64,000 bases of DNA from Eledone cirrhosa (GCA_964016885.1 CAXHJY010000623.1:1-64000); one strand, 5' to 3'. Counted from the first letter of the stretch, positions 37,421 to 49,544 are shown. Program-made: numbers and translations. The notes: a model not told the origin generated them from the letters alone.

Positions 37421-37709
37421 CACGATAAATTAACGGAGGCATAGGCCGTCGTTATTCCCTGTAAATAATGTGCTCAAAGGGGAAGAGATCCTGAGCCCTT
37501 TAGAATATAATATGTTGAGAAGGTAACACACCAGAGAGAGATATATAGTGCGTTATCAATAATACAGGGAAAAAACCACCAGTGTATGGAATCTATAACC
37601 TATGAAAGGCAGACTATAGACACGATAATTAAAAATATAAATTAAAGCGTAAATAAATACCTCTATAACTATATAACACACGTACAAATCCAGAGATATG
37701 TTTCGCGTG
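37421..37709 (-). mobile_element. PLE pLTR remnant with 3' half of a hammerhead, abutting the Neptune-type copy
   Basis: Minus: GCGAAACATATCTCTGGA at 37689-37706; ends in (TA)n. Confidence 0.45.
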
Positions 37710-39435
37710 TAAAAGGTAAACAGAAATAACAACACAATCGGTACAGTATATGGAAGGTATATATTAGGTTAACGCTTGAAATAGCAGGAAGAAGGTCTTA
37801 ACGTTTCGGACGCTAGTCCTTCATCAGAAGAAAGAATGAGAAATAAAACAGATTGAGGGGACGGGTGGGATGTAATTGGAAAAAATGTCTTTAGATAAAA
37901 ATAACAGATCCATTCATTTTGACATCTCTTGCAAAACTGTTGGTGCTGGCGTTTTGTGTATGATTTGTTTTTCTAGAAAAGTGGATGATGGGAAAAAAAC
38001 ATTTCGTAAAAAGAGGTGGGGGGGGGGGTGTTATTATAGGTCCGTACGAAGCTGAGAAGAAATGTGAGTAAAAGAGTGTGTGTGCATGTAAGAACAAAGC
38101 TATGAGCAAAAGTATGTTAATATAAGAGTGTGTATCGGCATGTATTAGTTGTAAGAGAAGCTGCTAATGATCAAGAGAAAGCGATAGGAATCTAGGGGTG
38201 TGATAATGGACGGGGTATTATAGAAATTGGTGAGGTGAGTTGAGTCCAAGAGGGGAATAGGACCCAAGACGGTGAATCAAACTTTGTTCAGTCCTGGTGC
38301 GCGAGGCCTGTGATCCATGATGTAAAAGGACACCCAGGACTGAAACATGTAGGGAAGAATGACCAGGAGAACAGAAATGACGGGCGACAGGAGTATCCAA
38401 ACCGAGTCCCTCAAATGTTCAGCAAAACGGTCCGCCATACGGCGTCCCGTTTGTCCGATATATAAAGACCCACAAAGGGAACACCGGAGGGCATAGACAA
38501 TGTGGGTGGGTGTACATGTGAAGGAATGGCGGGTACGGAAAGACCCATTAGGGCCTGTAAGAGGGGTGAGGGTGGAAATAAAGGGACAAGTGTTGCAGCG
38601 GGAACGGGAACAAGGATGAAAACCGGGTGGAGTCGTGGGAGAGGACGAAAAACAACTGCAAACCACGAGGTCGCGGAGGTTTCGGGCGCGCTTAAAAGCA
38701 GTAATGGGTGGGTTTGGAAAAAGCGAGAAGTGACAGGGTCAGAAGAGAGGATACGGAAGGAACGGAGGATATGTCGCTGGAGTGGTAGGGTGATGGGGTG
38801 GTAGGTGAGAGGGAAAGGATCACGGGTGGTGAGAGGGCTGTGGTGCGGTCTCTTTCACGGGCGCGGATGAGAGCAGCTTGGATCAAGGTGGGGGGATATC
38901 CACGCTGGATGAAGCAGGAAGCCATGCGAAGGAAATGGGTTTCGAAATCGTCGTCTTGGGTACAGAGTCGACGAAGGCGGAGGAATTGGGAATAGGCTAT
39001 GGAGTGTTTGGTGTGGGTTGGATGGGAGGAGGTGAAGTCGAGATAAGATTGGGAGTATGTTGGTTTAATGTAGATGGGAGTAGAGAGGGTGTGGTGAGAG
39101 TGATTAATAGATAGAGAGATATCTAGAAAAGCGACAGAAGAATCGGAGGCGGTGAAAGTGAGAGCAGGATGGAAAGATTGGACAAAAGAAAGAAAACAGT
39201 CGAGCTGTTTTCGTGATAGAGAGGTGGCGCCGATACAGTCGTCGATATAACGACCGTATAGCTCAGGAGTCGGTCCAGCGTACTGGGAGAAGATCTGGAC
39301 TTCGACGTAGCCAACAAATAAGTTGGCATAGTTTGGATCCATTCTGGTCCCCATCGCTACCACCAGAGACCTGCTGGTAAAATTCACCCGAAAAAGAAAA
39401 TCCATTAAGGATGAAAACAAGCTCAGCCAGACGAT
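37710..39435 (-). mobile_element. 5'-truncated, frameshifted Neptune-type Penelope-like element
   Basis: VAMGTRMDPNYANLFVG, RYIDD, AFLDI, YLDFTSSHP, SIAYSQFLRLRRLC; Cys linker CSRSRCNTC; GIY-YIG IVYALRCSLCGSLYIGQTGR..RFAEH..PVARHF..H..GLN. Confidence 0.9.
37796..37831 (-). ncRNA. Minimal type I hammerhead ribozyme (family E)
   Basis: Minus: TCTT-CTGATGA-A-GGAC(TAGC)GTCC-GAAA-CG-TT-AAGA; ACGT palindrome for a dimeric stem III. Confidence 0.8.
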
Positions 39436-39682
39436 ATATATGTTGTGTGAGTGTGTGTGCATTTGAATTTATACTGACCTGTGTATGTGTGGGTGTATGA
39501 TGTATGTATGTGTTAATGTTTAGATGAGTTTGTGTGGGTTTATGTATGGGTATGTGTGTGTGTGTGTGTGTGTGGAGGTAGTTATATTGTGTGAGTTTAA
39601 AAGCTGAAATCATCTTGATTTTGGTCACGCTTCCGTTGATATGATGATTTGATATGTACCTACACGTGTGTGTGTAATGGTT

Positions 39683-39747
<65 letters not shown>

Positions 39748-39909
39748 TGAAAACACTATTGGGTTTTAATTTGATCAATTTTATTAAGTATTTTTAATAT
39801 TTCCTTATTAGTTCTTAGTTTGGAACAGTAGTGTGGATAATTGCATGAGTGTATTAACGTCTAGAAGCCTTCACAGCTCTACCTTCAGAATCAGAATGGT
39901 CACACTTGT

Positions 39910-40147
39910 CAGGGTCGGATTTAATGGGGACCACTTGTGCCCTCAGTTGTGATTTTCAGTTTTAGGATGGTTAGAAATTTTGAATTTAATACCTTTATGT
40001 ATAACTTTTCAATTCCAATTACTTGCGCCAAGCTAACTTTGGTATGTAAAATTCAGGGAGGGTTGCTGTGTATTTAATTTTTTTGTATATGAGAGGCCCC
40101 CATAAACCTGAATTGCCCGGGCGCCCCAATATCTAAATCGAACCCTG
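39910..40147. mobile_element. hAT-type MITE
   Basis: Imperfect TIRs CAGGGTCGGATTTA / TAAATCGAACCCTG; 8-bp TSD ACACTTGT/ACACTAGT. Confidence 0.75.
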
Positions 40148-40602
40148 ACACTAGTGGTGTATGAGTCACGTGCTTAGCAGTGGTTGTAAAGGGTTATGAG
40201 AGGAGTAACAAATAGTGGACATTTCATTTTAAATTTCTCGACGGTTGAAACTTGGCAGTTATAATAATTGGTTTCATGTATGGTGCATCTTTGTGTTTTC
40301 AATATATCATGTTTGAACGAAAATATGTTCCCTACTTAAGAAAACTGGCGCAGTCAAACTCAAAAATCGATCACGTGACCATAATAGTACCAACTATAAG
40401 CACACATGAGCAGGAGGCAGTGTGACAAATCTAAAGATATGTTATGGCAAAAGTGCGGATAATTCTTGACTTATCCTTGTATACAAATATGTATGAATGG
40501 ATAAATCGGTAACACCTGATGGAGTCGTAGAGCCGTCGTCATGATATATGCTGACTTGACCGAGTTTAAACTTGACCGAGCCCATACTTCTCCTGTTCTG
40601 AA

Positions 40603-40788
40603 CATGGTCAGAAAGAGATTTAGAAGAGGAATCTACCCCAGTACTGGACTGTTACTTTTTTATAGACCTTCAAAAGAAGAAAAGCAAAGTTGGTCTTGGA
40701 TGGATTTGAACTCAGAGTGCCGAGAGCCACAATAAATACAGCAGAGCATTATACCAGATGTTCTAACCTCTTTGCCAATTCGCCGCCT
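40603..40788 (-). mobile_element. Diverged tRNA-derived SINE (family 1)
   Basis: Minus: GGCGGCGAATTGGCAAAGAGG (A box)...GAGTTCAAATCC (B box). Confidence 0.65.
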
Positions 40789-40950
40789 TTAAATAACGAT
40801 TAGAAAGATAGAAGAAAAATAATATAGAGCTTGCGGCCAAGGTGGGACCTCGAATTCAGCTTGTTGCTTCTCTGATCTACGACGTCGACTTTATTTGCTG
40901 TCATGAACGGCAAAATAAAACCCAGTAATAAATATTTATATTGAATGGAC

Positions 40951-41103
40951 CAGGCATGGGCAACATGTTGCCACATAGGGCGTGTCACATCATAAGGTGG
41001 GTCGCACTACTAAAACATTCAAGGCAATTTTGAAATTAGGCATGCTATTCAGAAAACCAAATGGGTCGCATGCGGCTCGCGACCCACAGTTTGCCCATGA
41101 CTG
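40951..41103. mobile_element. hAT (Charlie-like) MITE
   Basis: TIRs CAGGCATGGGCAAC / GTTTGCCCATGACTG; imperfect 8-bp TSD GAATGGAC/GAACAGAC. Confidence 0.7.
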
Positions 41104-41665
41104 GAACAGACTATAACTATCTCTAACTAGCACCTGGGCCTTTATACAGTTGATCCACCTGTTAAACCTGCTAGAAAAACAGTCAAATCTCTCCGAAATC
41201 ACAACCTACCGTCATGATAAAAAAGAACTTATTAGATAATACGGTTCTAAATAATTTATATCTGGAAAATAACATAGTCACGGTAGGAAAAGTCACTTGT
41301 TACCGCTCTGCTAGATTATAATTGACCTGAAACGAAGCAGCAACATTCTCTGCTTTTCAAACAAACGATGGACCCATCTTCGTGTTTCTGAAAACCAGCT
41401 AGAAATAGCAGCCAAATCGCCATTAAACCACACCCTACAATCTTAAGAGGAAATAACTTATCGGACAATTTAAATACATTATTGTTGAAAAGGAAAAAAA
41501 AAGAGATGGTCACATCTGGAACGTATTTGATCATAAAACTGTTCGATATGGGCTGACCTAGAAATTAACAGGAATAATTTCTCTCATATAAAATATTTGT
41601 CTAGTGTCCAGTAAACAGAAACATAATGACCGGGTAAAAACTGGGAATGACCTGATGGTGTGTGA

Positions 41666-41708
<43 letters not shown>

Positions 41709-42162
41709 ATGTGTGTATGTGCGTGTCCATGTGTAAATGTGTTTAACGGTGAAATGAATATGTAGAAAATTGCTCTCAAAATGCGAGTAATTAATTATTG
41801 TAAGTATTGTGTAGTTATTATTGTTCTTATTGTTGTTTCTGTAAGTGTATCAACCAAATCGATAGGGTTGAGTTTCTAGAGTCTACTGTAGGGCAGGTTC
41901 TATTTCTATCGATTTCTCTGACTGAAAGGAAGTTAAACAGGTTTATTTTATAAATTGTAGTTGACATTACTAATGTAACTGACCATCAGTCTAAATATAG
42001 ACGTAGGCGTTGCTGCTTCTGGGCTTAATGTTATTGCTGTTGTTGTTGCTACTGTTTGTTGTTGTTGTTCTTCTTCTTCTATACATTAACTGTCGATCGA
42101 ATCATTGCAGGCGATAAAAGTTTAGAATGAATGTGACTATTCGTTGAGTTATATATAAACGG

Positions 42163-42480
42163 GTGAAGGTGCGTAGCTTAGTGGTTAGACCGTTGGATTC
42201 ACAATCATTAGGTTGTGAGTTCGATTCTCGGGTGATGCATTATGTCCTTGACCAAGACACTTTATTTCATACTGCTCCAGTTCACTCAGATGAAGGAATG
42301 AGTTGCGACATCACTGGTGCTAAGCTGTATCGGCTTTTGCTTTTCCAGTGGACAGCATCGGTGGTGTGGAGATGGGAGTTTGGCATGCTGGGGCAACTAC
42401 TTGTCTTCCGGGTCTGTGTCTCAGAATGAAAATTTCTAGGTGCAAAACCATGGCCCTTCGTGACCGAAGGAGGTCTTACA
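42163..42480 (+). mobile_element. tRNA-derived SINE family 2 with CORE-like segment
   Basis: A box TAGCTTAGTGG, B box GAGTTCGATTC, then TGTCCTTGACCAAGACACTT (CORE-like); homologous to 53922-54190. Confidence 0.75.
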
Positions 42481-42554
42481 TAAAGACTTAAAAAACTGTC
42501 CCCATGTGCGTTTTTGTGTCACTATATATTCAATTTTTAACCGATTTCAGAATA

Positions 42555-43340
42555 TGGCAGATACAACGTTTGTAAAGACCTCAGTGGGAGCTCGAACATC
42601 GTATTTTCTGGGTGAAACATTACAATAAGTGGGGCTGGTACAAGCAGGGTCCAGGAGCAATTTCATGCATTTTTTGAAACAAACAAATCTCCCTTCAAAG
42701 CCAATATACAAAACTGGGTGGAGACGTTTAAGAGATATGGGACACAGGAAAACCTCAATATATGAGGACTGTCTTACTTATTCCGGACGACACAGGAAGC
42801 ATTCACAGGAAGTTATTGATATGGTTCGAGAGACTTGAACAGAGACCAGAACGATCCCTGCTTAGAGGCTAATCCTTGAAACTTTTAGAAGGGTTGTCAA
42901 AGAGGATCTTAAGAAGTACCCCTACAGAATACAGACCAAACAAAAGCTTACTACAGCTGATAAGTCCAAGAGAAAGGTTATAGCTGAGAAAATGCTGAAG
43001 AAGATGAAAAACAACCCAAATTATCTGCATCAGCTGTGGATCTCTGATGAATCCCACATTCACTTAGAAGAGAATATATGTTCTGAGGATCAGAGAAACC
43101 CACTGAAATGGCTGTGAAGCCTTTCCATTCTGCTAAGTGTACAATCTGACTGTCATTTCTCAGAGAATGTGATGCCACTGCTACAATTACAAAGTAACGC
43201 TATGTGAAGGTCCAGGGAGACTTCAAAAAGAAGCTACAGACCATGTACTCATCACTAATTAACAAGTTCTGGTTTCATCAAGACAGAGCAAGCCCTCACA
43301 TCTCCAATGGGTCGTGAGACTGGATGAAAAATAACTACCA
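42555..43340 (+). pseudogene. Decayed Tc1/mariner transposase (Tc3/DD41D-like)
   Basis: Fragments IQNWVETFKRYGT, YSGR, KYPYRIQTKQKL, LWISDESHIHL, PFHSAKCT, FWFHQDRASPH with stops/frameshifts. Confidence 0.8.
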
Positions 43341-43525
43341 TTACTTTTGGACAGCCTCCAAAAGTAATGGTTGTATTTTAAAAGGGTACGTCAAAGCTAT
43401 TTGTAAAACTGTTATATATTGTATTTTGTCTGATGAAGGCATACCATAATTTAATGTGGTATCCCTGAAATATGTATAATGAAATAAATATGGTTTTATA
43501 AATATAGTTTCCATTTATTAATATC

Positions 43526-43526
<1 letters not shown>
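43337..43526 (+). mobile_element. Solo PLE pLTR (family A) with 15-bp fold-back at the 5' junction
   Basis: Homologous to 460-625; ACCATTACTTTTGGA-CAGCC-TCCAAAAGTAATGGT at the junction with the mariner remnant. Confidence 0.75.
43422..43486 (+). ncRNA. Type I hammerhead ribozyme (family A)
   Basis: TATTTTGT-CTGATGA-AGGCATACCATA(ATTTAA)TGTGGTATCCCT-GAAA-TATGTA-TA-ATGAAATA. Confidence 0.8.
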
Positions 43527-43576
<50 letters not shown>

Positions 43577-43949
43577 TGTATTATATATATATTATATATA
43601 TCATAAATAATGTCCTTAGGATCACTAGATAAAATATATACCATTTCTTCTCCCAATTAGCATAATTAACCATATAAAAAATGAACTTATTACTTAAACA
43701 TCTCTCCATATTATTTACTCACTTCAATCTATATTTTTACTCAATCCGAATTATCACTTGAAAAATTTTTGAATTTAGAATTTTTTAATTTTTAATTGTT
43801 TAATTTATAATCTCTGATATTCGATTTAGGATTTTAATTTTTAATTTTTATTTCCAACTCTCACTCTTAACTTACAATGTAAAACCATGGTACCTAGAAT
43901 TAAGTTTATTTTCCCTTATGAGTTGGTCAGTCTTACTGTCAACGCTTAG

Positions 43950-44137
43950 TGAAAGGTAGGCAGTATCGGTAGAGGGTCGGATGCCATGCTTTCCAGCATA
44001 GTTACGTCCCTTAACGATCTGAGTTCAAATCCCGCTGAGGTTGACTTTGCCTTTCATCCTTACGAGGTCGATAAAATAAAGTACAAGTAATGCACTGGGT
44101 AATTGCTGGCCTTGTGCCAAAAAGTAGAAACAATTAT
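43950..44137 (+). mobile_element. tRNA-derived SINE family 1
   Basis: GGCAGTATCGG, GAGTTCAAATCC, body GACTTTGCCTTTCATCC..GGTCGATAAAATAAAGTAC, tail GCTGGCCTTGTGCC..GAAACAATTAT. Confidence 0.85.
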
Positions 44138-44451
44138 GACCTATAAAAACTAACACCCTCCCATCCCCTCTGGCTTTCGGCTGACTGCCACAGTAGTAAT
44201 GGGTAACAGTAAACTTTGGTAGGGCATAGGTGGGCCATTGTTTTGGCTGAGAGGGTGTACTGACAGCGAATTTCGTTGAAATCTGCGGTGGCTAATGGTC
44301 AACTTCCTTCGGACATGCGCTTGCGCAGACCGGTGGGAGTGAATTGGTACTCACAAGGGAACGGATGAAAAAGCCAAAAGCACGAACTTCATCCGTTCCC
44401 AAGTCGATTCAATTTGGATTGCCTCGGAAACATAACCTTATTATGTAACAA

Positions 44452-44525
44452 GCTGTCTGATGATGACACGACACTCGCGCACAGAACAGTGTGGCCAGTG
44501 TCGTCATTGAAATATATATCACAGC
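44452..44525 (+). ncRNA. Type I hammerhead ribozyme (family F) ending a structured non-coding cassette
   Basis: GCTGT-CTGATGA-stem II (ACGACACT/AGTGTCGT)-GAAA-TATATA-TC-ACAGC. Confidence 0.8.
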
Positions 44526-44532
44526 ATTATTT

Positions 44533-44720
44533 GGATTGGCAGTATTGGTAGAGGGTCGGACGCCATGCTTTGACGTATAGAGTTACGGCCCTTGCCATTC
44601 CGAGTTCAAATCCCGCCAAGGTTCACTTTGCCTTTCATCCTTACGAGGTCGATAAAATAAAGTACCAGTAATGCACTGGATAATTGCTGGCCTTGTGCCT
44701 AACGTAGAAACAATTATTAT
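44533..44720 (+). mobile_element. tRNA-derived SINE family 1
   Basis: Same A/B boxes, body and tail as 43950-44137. Confidence 0.85.
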
Positions 44721-44763
44721 TAAAGGACTTGAACATCTGAAAGTACTTCGCTTTTCCTTATTC

Positions 44764-44794
<31 letters not shown>

Positions 44795-44986
44795 ATATAT
44801 ATTATATATATATTATATATATTATATATATATTATATATATATATATTATATATATATTATATATATTATATATATATATTATATATATATATTATATA
44901 TATATATATTATATATATATATATTATATATATATATATATTATATATTATATATATATATATTATATATTATATATATTATATAT

Positions 44987-45019
<33 letters not shown>

Positions 45020-46193
45020 ATATATAACACTGTTACCTCCCGTTTGACTTAAACATATAACTATGGCTGTCCATAGCCCCGAGTTGTCAAATGTCTCATG
45101 AGTGAAATTTGATAGGTAGAAACTGTTTGGAAGACCATCGGATAGATTATACCTGTAATTCAATTGGACAGCCTTACCACACACTGTGCTATACTGAATA
45201 ACTATGAGAATTACATTTAACGTACACGCGTCTGTGGAATGTTTGACATATACACATAAACATACATATACAGAGTGTCCCCTCAAAAAAATGTATGCAC
45301 AATTCTAATAATTAATGCCTGTACAGGTAATCAAAGTGTGTATACATTTGGTCTGCATACTTACATAAACATATGCTTGGCATATATATACAAAGTTCAT
45401 TGATATGCATAATGAATGTTTTATTTATTATTTATTTGATATACATTATGACACGAAAGAATGTTAAGACTTCGTCGCTTTCAGATCTCTGGTCATTGGG
45501 TAACACGCCATTGTTTCTGTGTGTGTGTGTGTGCGTGTGTTGTATGTGTATGCGTGTGTTGCATCTGTGTGTGCGTTGTATGTGTATGTCTCTGTCGCTG
45601 TGTATGAGGGTGTGTTGTATGTGTGTGTATGTCTGTGTATCTGAGTGTCTGTGTATGTTGTATGTGTTGTGTGTGTATGTTGTATGCGTGTATGTCTGTT
45701 TCTGCATGTGTGTGTATGTATTGTATGTGTGTGTGTCTGTGGGTGTGTCAGTGTGTCTGTGTGTCTATGTATGTGTAAGATATAATTTGTACATAATTTA
45801 GAGTTGATTACGTACAGACAGGTATCAACAGGTGTAAAATATAGAATTTAATTAATTTTCAATATATTTATTTAATGTTTACTTTTCGTTTCTTTTTCAT
45901 AATTTGTCTTGTTTTATTTCTTCGTGTGTGTTGTATTTCAATTAGGAGTCATTGTAGAAAGACTAATTAAAGTTGCTTTACAGGTAGACCGAAGAAATTT
46001 TAATGAAAGACTACACATCTTGTTATATGATTGAAAATTGCGGTTAAGGGAAACTCGTAGAGTCGAGAGCATTCACATATAATGTTGTAATCGAGGAGTT
46101 TATTATATTAAAATTCTTTTTATTTTTTACTATACACCATGTCTTTTTTAACAGGTATTATGCTACTATCAATTCTTTGACAGACACTCACAT

Positions 46194-46230
<37 letters not shown>

Positions 46231-46671
46231 TAATATAATAAATTCCTCGATTACAGCATTATATGTGAAGGCTCTCGGCTCTACGAGTTTGCGTTCGGAT
46301 CTAGCTGTCGAAACGGCCGGAACTCAGCCGTCGGGGTCCTAAATCTTTTCCTATATATATATATATAGTGTTCTGGTATCTCAAATTAGTACCATCGAAC
46401 CACAAATATTATAAACACCTTGCATATTTCTACAAGTACATAGTGCCTGTTGAAGTATTCATCCACTTTTATAATTTTTCTCCTTATGTAGAGAACAAAA
46501 CGTTGAATAATGCTGCTAATTTTAGTGGCAATATCAACACGTTTATAATAAACAGCTATTATCTGCGACCTGATTTTGCGTGTGTCATTTTAACGGCTTG
46601 ACCGCATGCGTTGGGCAGGAAGCGAAATATTTACTTACTGTAAAGCTGGCAACCTTATAGTATGGAAATAA

Positions 46672-46751
46672 GCTGTCTGAAGATCCATTTCTTTCCATTG
46701 GAAATTCTCTGGATTTCCATTTTTTGGAATGGTGAAACCGTCGGTAACAGC
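46672..46751 (+). ncRNA. Type I hammerhead ribozyme (family G)
   Basis: GCTGT-CTGAAGA-T-CCATTTC...GGAATGG-T-GAAA-CCGTCGG-TA-ACAGC; inside a 480-bp island (46348-46828) flanked by (TA)n. Confidence 0.75.
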
Positions 46752-46823
46752 AATAGAACAGGTGATTATATAAATCGTTTTTTAATTTATTTAGAGAACT
46801 GTTTGATAACTGCTTGCTCCGCT

Positions 46824-46894
<71 letters not shown>

Positions 46895-47030
46895 AACGAA
46901 TGAAGAGCTCGGAATTATTCCTTAGAATCATTTTTGAGCTTCCCTTACAAGTGATATGGTGCATGTTTGAAATTTTCTCAGACATGACATCTTTATTCTT
47001 TTTAGTTATATTATCATTATTATTATTATT

Positions 47031-47193
47031 GCATGCTTTCTAGCATAGAGTTACGTTCCTTTATGATCTGAGTTCAAATCCCGCCGAGGTTAACTTTGCC
47101 TTTCATCCTTACGGGGTCGATAAAATAAAGTACCAGTAATGTACTGGGTAGTTGCTGGCCTTGTGCCTAAAGTAGAAACAATTATTATTATTA
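47031..47193 (+). mobile_element. 5'-truncated SINE family 1
   Basis: B box, body and (ATT)n tail. Confidence 0.8.
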
Positions 47194-47296
47194 TTGCATA
47201 TGAGATTGCTCCTGGCTGCTGTTGTTGTTCGCCTGGTCGTGACCTGTGATCAATTCCCAGGGCCCACTGCGAGGAGCCTGATAACTTGGGCCATAT

Positions 47297-47378
<82 letters not shown>

Positions 47379-47455
47379 TTTCATTTTGATATATATATAT
47401 ATATATATATATATAAATGAAAATCCGAAGGCAAGGTAAAATTCCAATCATTTAA

Positions 47456-47529
47456 TCACGACACATGTTTCAATGAGAGATAGATCGATTGTGAAGCCAT
47501 GATCGATTATCACTGATCTCATCAGATGA
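47456..47529 (-). ncRNA. Type I hammerhead ribozyme (family H)
   Basis: Minus: TCAT-CTGATGA-stem II-GAAA-CATGTG-TC-GTGA. Confidence 0.75.
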
Positions 47530-47640
47530 AAATGAATTGTCTTCAAATTCTTGATATGAGGGAGAAAAAATAACGATGTTCTCTCACAGAATTCATTCCT
47601 TCATATCTCCCTCATATCAAGAATTGAAGATAATTCATTT

Positions 47641-47714
47641 TCACCTGATGAGATCAGTGATAATCGATCATGGCTTCACAATCGATCTATCTCTTATTGA
47701 AACATGTGTCGTGA
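47641..47714 (+). ncRNA. Type I hammerhead ribozyme (family H)
   Basis: TCAC-CTGATGA-long stem II (GATA.ATCGAT/ATCGAT.TATC)-GAAA-CATGTG-TC-GTGA; canonical GUC site. Confidence 0.8.
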
Positions 47715-47897
47715 TTAAATGATTGGAATTTTACCTTGCCTTCGGATTTTCATTTTGATACTTATGCTCCATTTTACATCATCTAGCTGTTCCCTTGAAT
47801 GGAATTGGAGATATACAAAAGCGTGGAGAACTTAATATTGCTAACATAAATTTATTGGACTGTTTTACACAACCAATAATACACCTTACTATATAAC

Positions 47898-47955
<58 letters not shown>

Positions 47956-48171
47956 TGAAGAATACTAGCTGCAGGATAGTAGAAACCCATGGAAATATGA
48001 ACGGTTAATAGCAGATTGAGATTAATTGGTTGCCAAAATAATCATTTAGAAATCGCGTAACAATTTTATCGGATTATTACTAGGGGCAGAAATACGATTT
48101 TTTTTTTTCATAAACAAAAACAACACATAAAATCTAGGACCACCCACTCTGCCTCAAAGATTTCCATAACA

Positions 48172-48783
48172 AAATAATTGTTTCTACTTTTGGCACAAGG
48201 CCAGCAATTATCACAGTGTATTACTGGTACTTTATTTTATCGACCCCCCGTAAGGATGAAAGGCAAAGAGTTAACCTCGGCGGGATTTGAAGTTAGACCA
48301 TAAAGGGCTGTAACTCTTTGCTGCAAAGCATGGCGTCCGACCCTCTACCGATACAGCCAATACACCGTAATGGTTTCTGGTTTGTGCACAAGGCCAGCAA
48401 CTTGGGGGAAGGAAAAGTCGACTAAATCGACCCCAGTACATTACTGGTGCTTTATTTTATCGATCCCGTAAAGATGAAAGGCAAAGTTAACCTCGGTGAG
48501 GTTCGAACTCAGAACGTAAAGGGACGTAACTCTATGCTGCGAAGCATGTTGTCCGACGCTCTACCGATACTGCCAATCCATAACAAATTAATAATTGTTT
48601 CTACTTTTGGCACAAGGCCAGCAATTATTCCAGTGTATTACTGGTACTTTATTTTATCGACCCCGCAAGGATGAAACGCAAAGTTAACCTACGCGGGATT
48701 TTAACTGAGACCGTAAAGGGGCGTAACTCTATGCTGCAAAGCATCTCGTCCGACCGTCTACCGATACAGCCAATCCACCGCCT
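48172..48783 (-). mobile_element. Three head-to-tail SINE family 1 copies
   Basis: Units ~48172-48368, 48369-48580 and 48589-48783, each with tRNA head, body and GCTGGCCTTGTGC tail. Confidence 0.85.
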
Positions 48784-49544
48784 TTATAATAATAGTGATG
48801 TACAAGGTAAAAAATGATTTGGGTATTTTAACACTTTTAATATATTTATTTATTTATAATGTGTAAGTGTGCACACGTTTCCTTTTATTATCAAACAAAC
48901 ACATACCTAAAAATAGCTCCGTTGTCTCTGAAAAAACAAATCCAATCTCGAAGTGTTTTCGAATATCTTGTTTACATATCATCAGGCAGCTGGACATGTT
49001 TAATAGTTTGAACACTGGAAAACATGAAACTCTAGAAACTTCAGCTTCTAATTAAATATACACTCGGCCATCTTTACCGGTTTGGAAGTAGAAACGTTCA
49101 CCAATACCTCTGTCTGTCTGTCTGTCTCTCTGTCTGTGCGTGTGTTTTTGTTTGTGTCTGTGGTTGTGTCTGTGTGAGTGTGTGTGTCTGTGATTATGTG
49201 TGTCTGTGTGTGTATCTATCTCTGTATGACTGTCTGTCTGTGTGTCACTGTCTGTGTTATGTGTGTGTGTGTCTGTCCATGTATGTCTGTGTGTGTGTAA
49301 GAACGTATGCGTGTCTCGGTAGGCGTGTGAATGCACGTGTCTGTGTCAGTGTGTGTGCACCTGTGCGTGCACACGTCTGTGTGGGCGTATGTCTGTGTTT
49401 GTGTGTGTTTCTGGACGTGTGTGTGTGTGTGTGTACAATATCCGCTAAGTGGGTTCCTGTTCGACATCTCTCATCCTTATTAGACAGCAATTTCTATCTC
49501 TCAATCAATATGTCTGTATATATATACATGGATGTTTTATGCAT

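Larger units (their letters stand above)
47415..47755. mobile_element. Palindromic PLE pLTR dimer (family H), ~150-bp arms, 40-nt spacer
   Basis: 47415-47565 is the reverse complement of 47606-47755 with a few mismatches. Confidence 0.85.

Noticed and set aside
42163-42240. tRNA gene candidates (also ~53922)
   Set aside because: A/B boxes present but cloverleaf degenerate and followed by SINE body; these are SINE heads
44258-44292. Second hammerhead-like motif CTGAC-stem-GAAA in the structured cassette
   Set aside because: Lacks G8A9, has no UH site and no stem I
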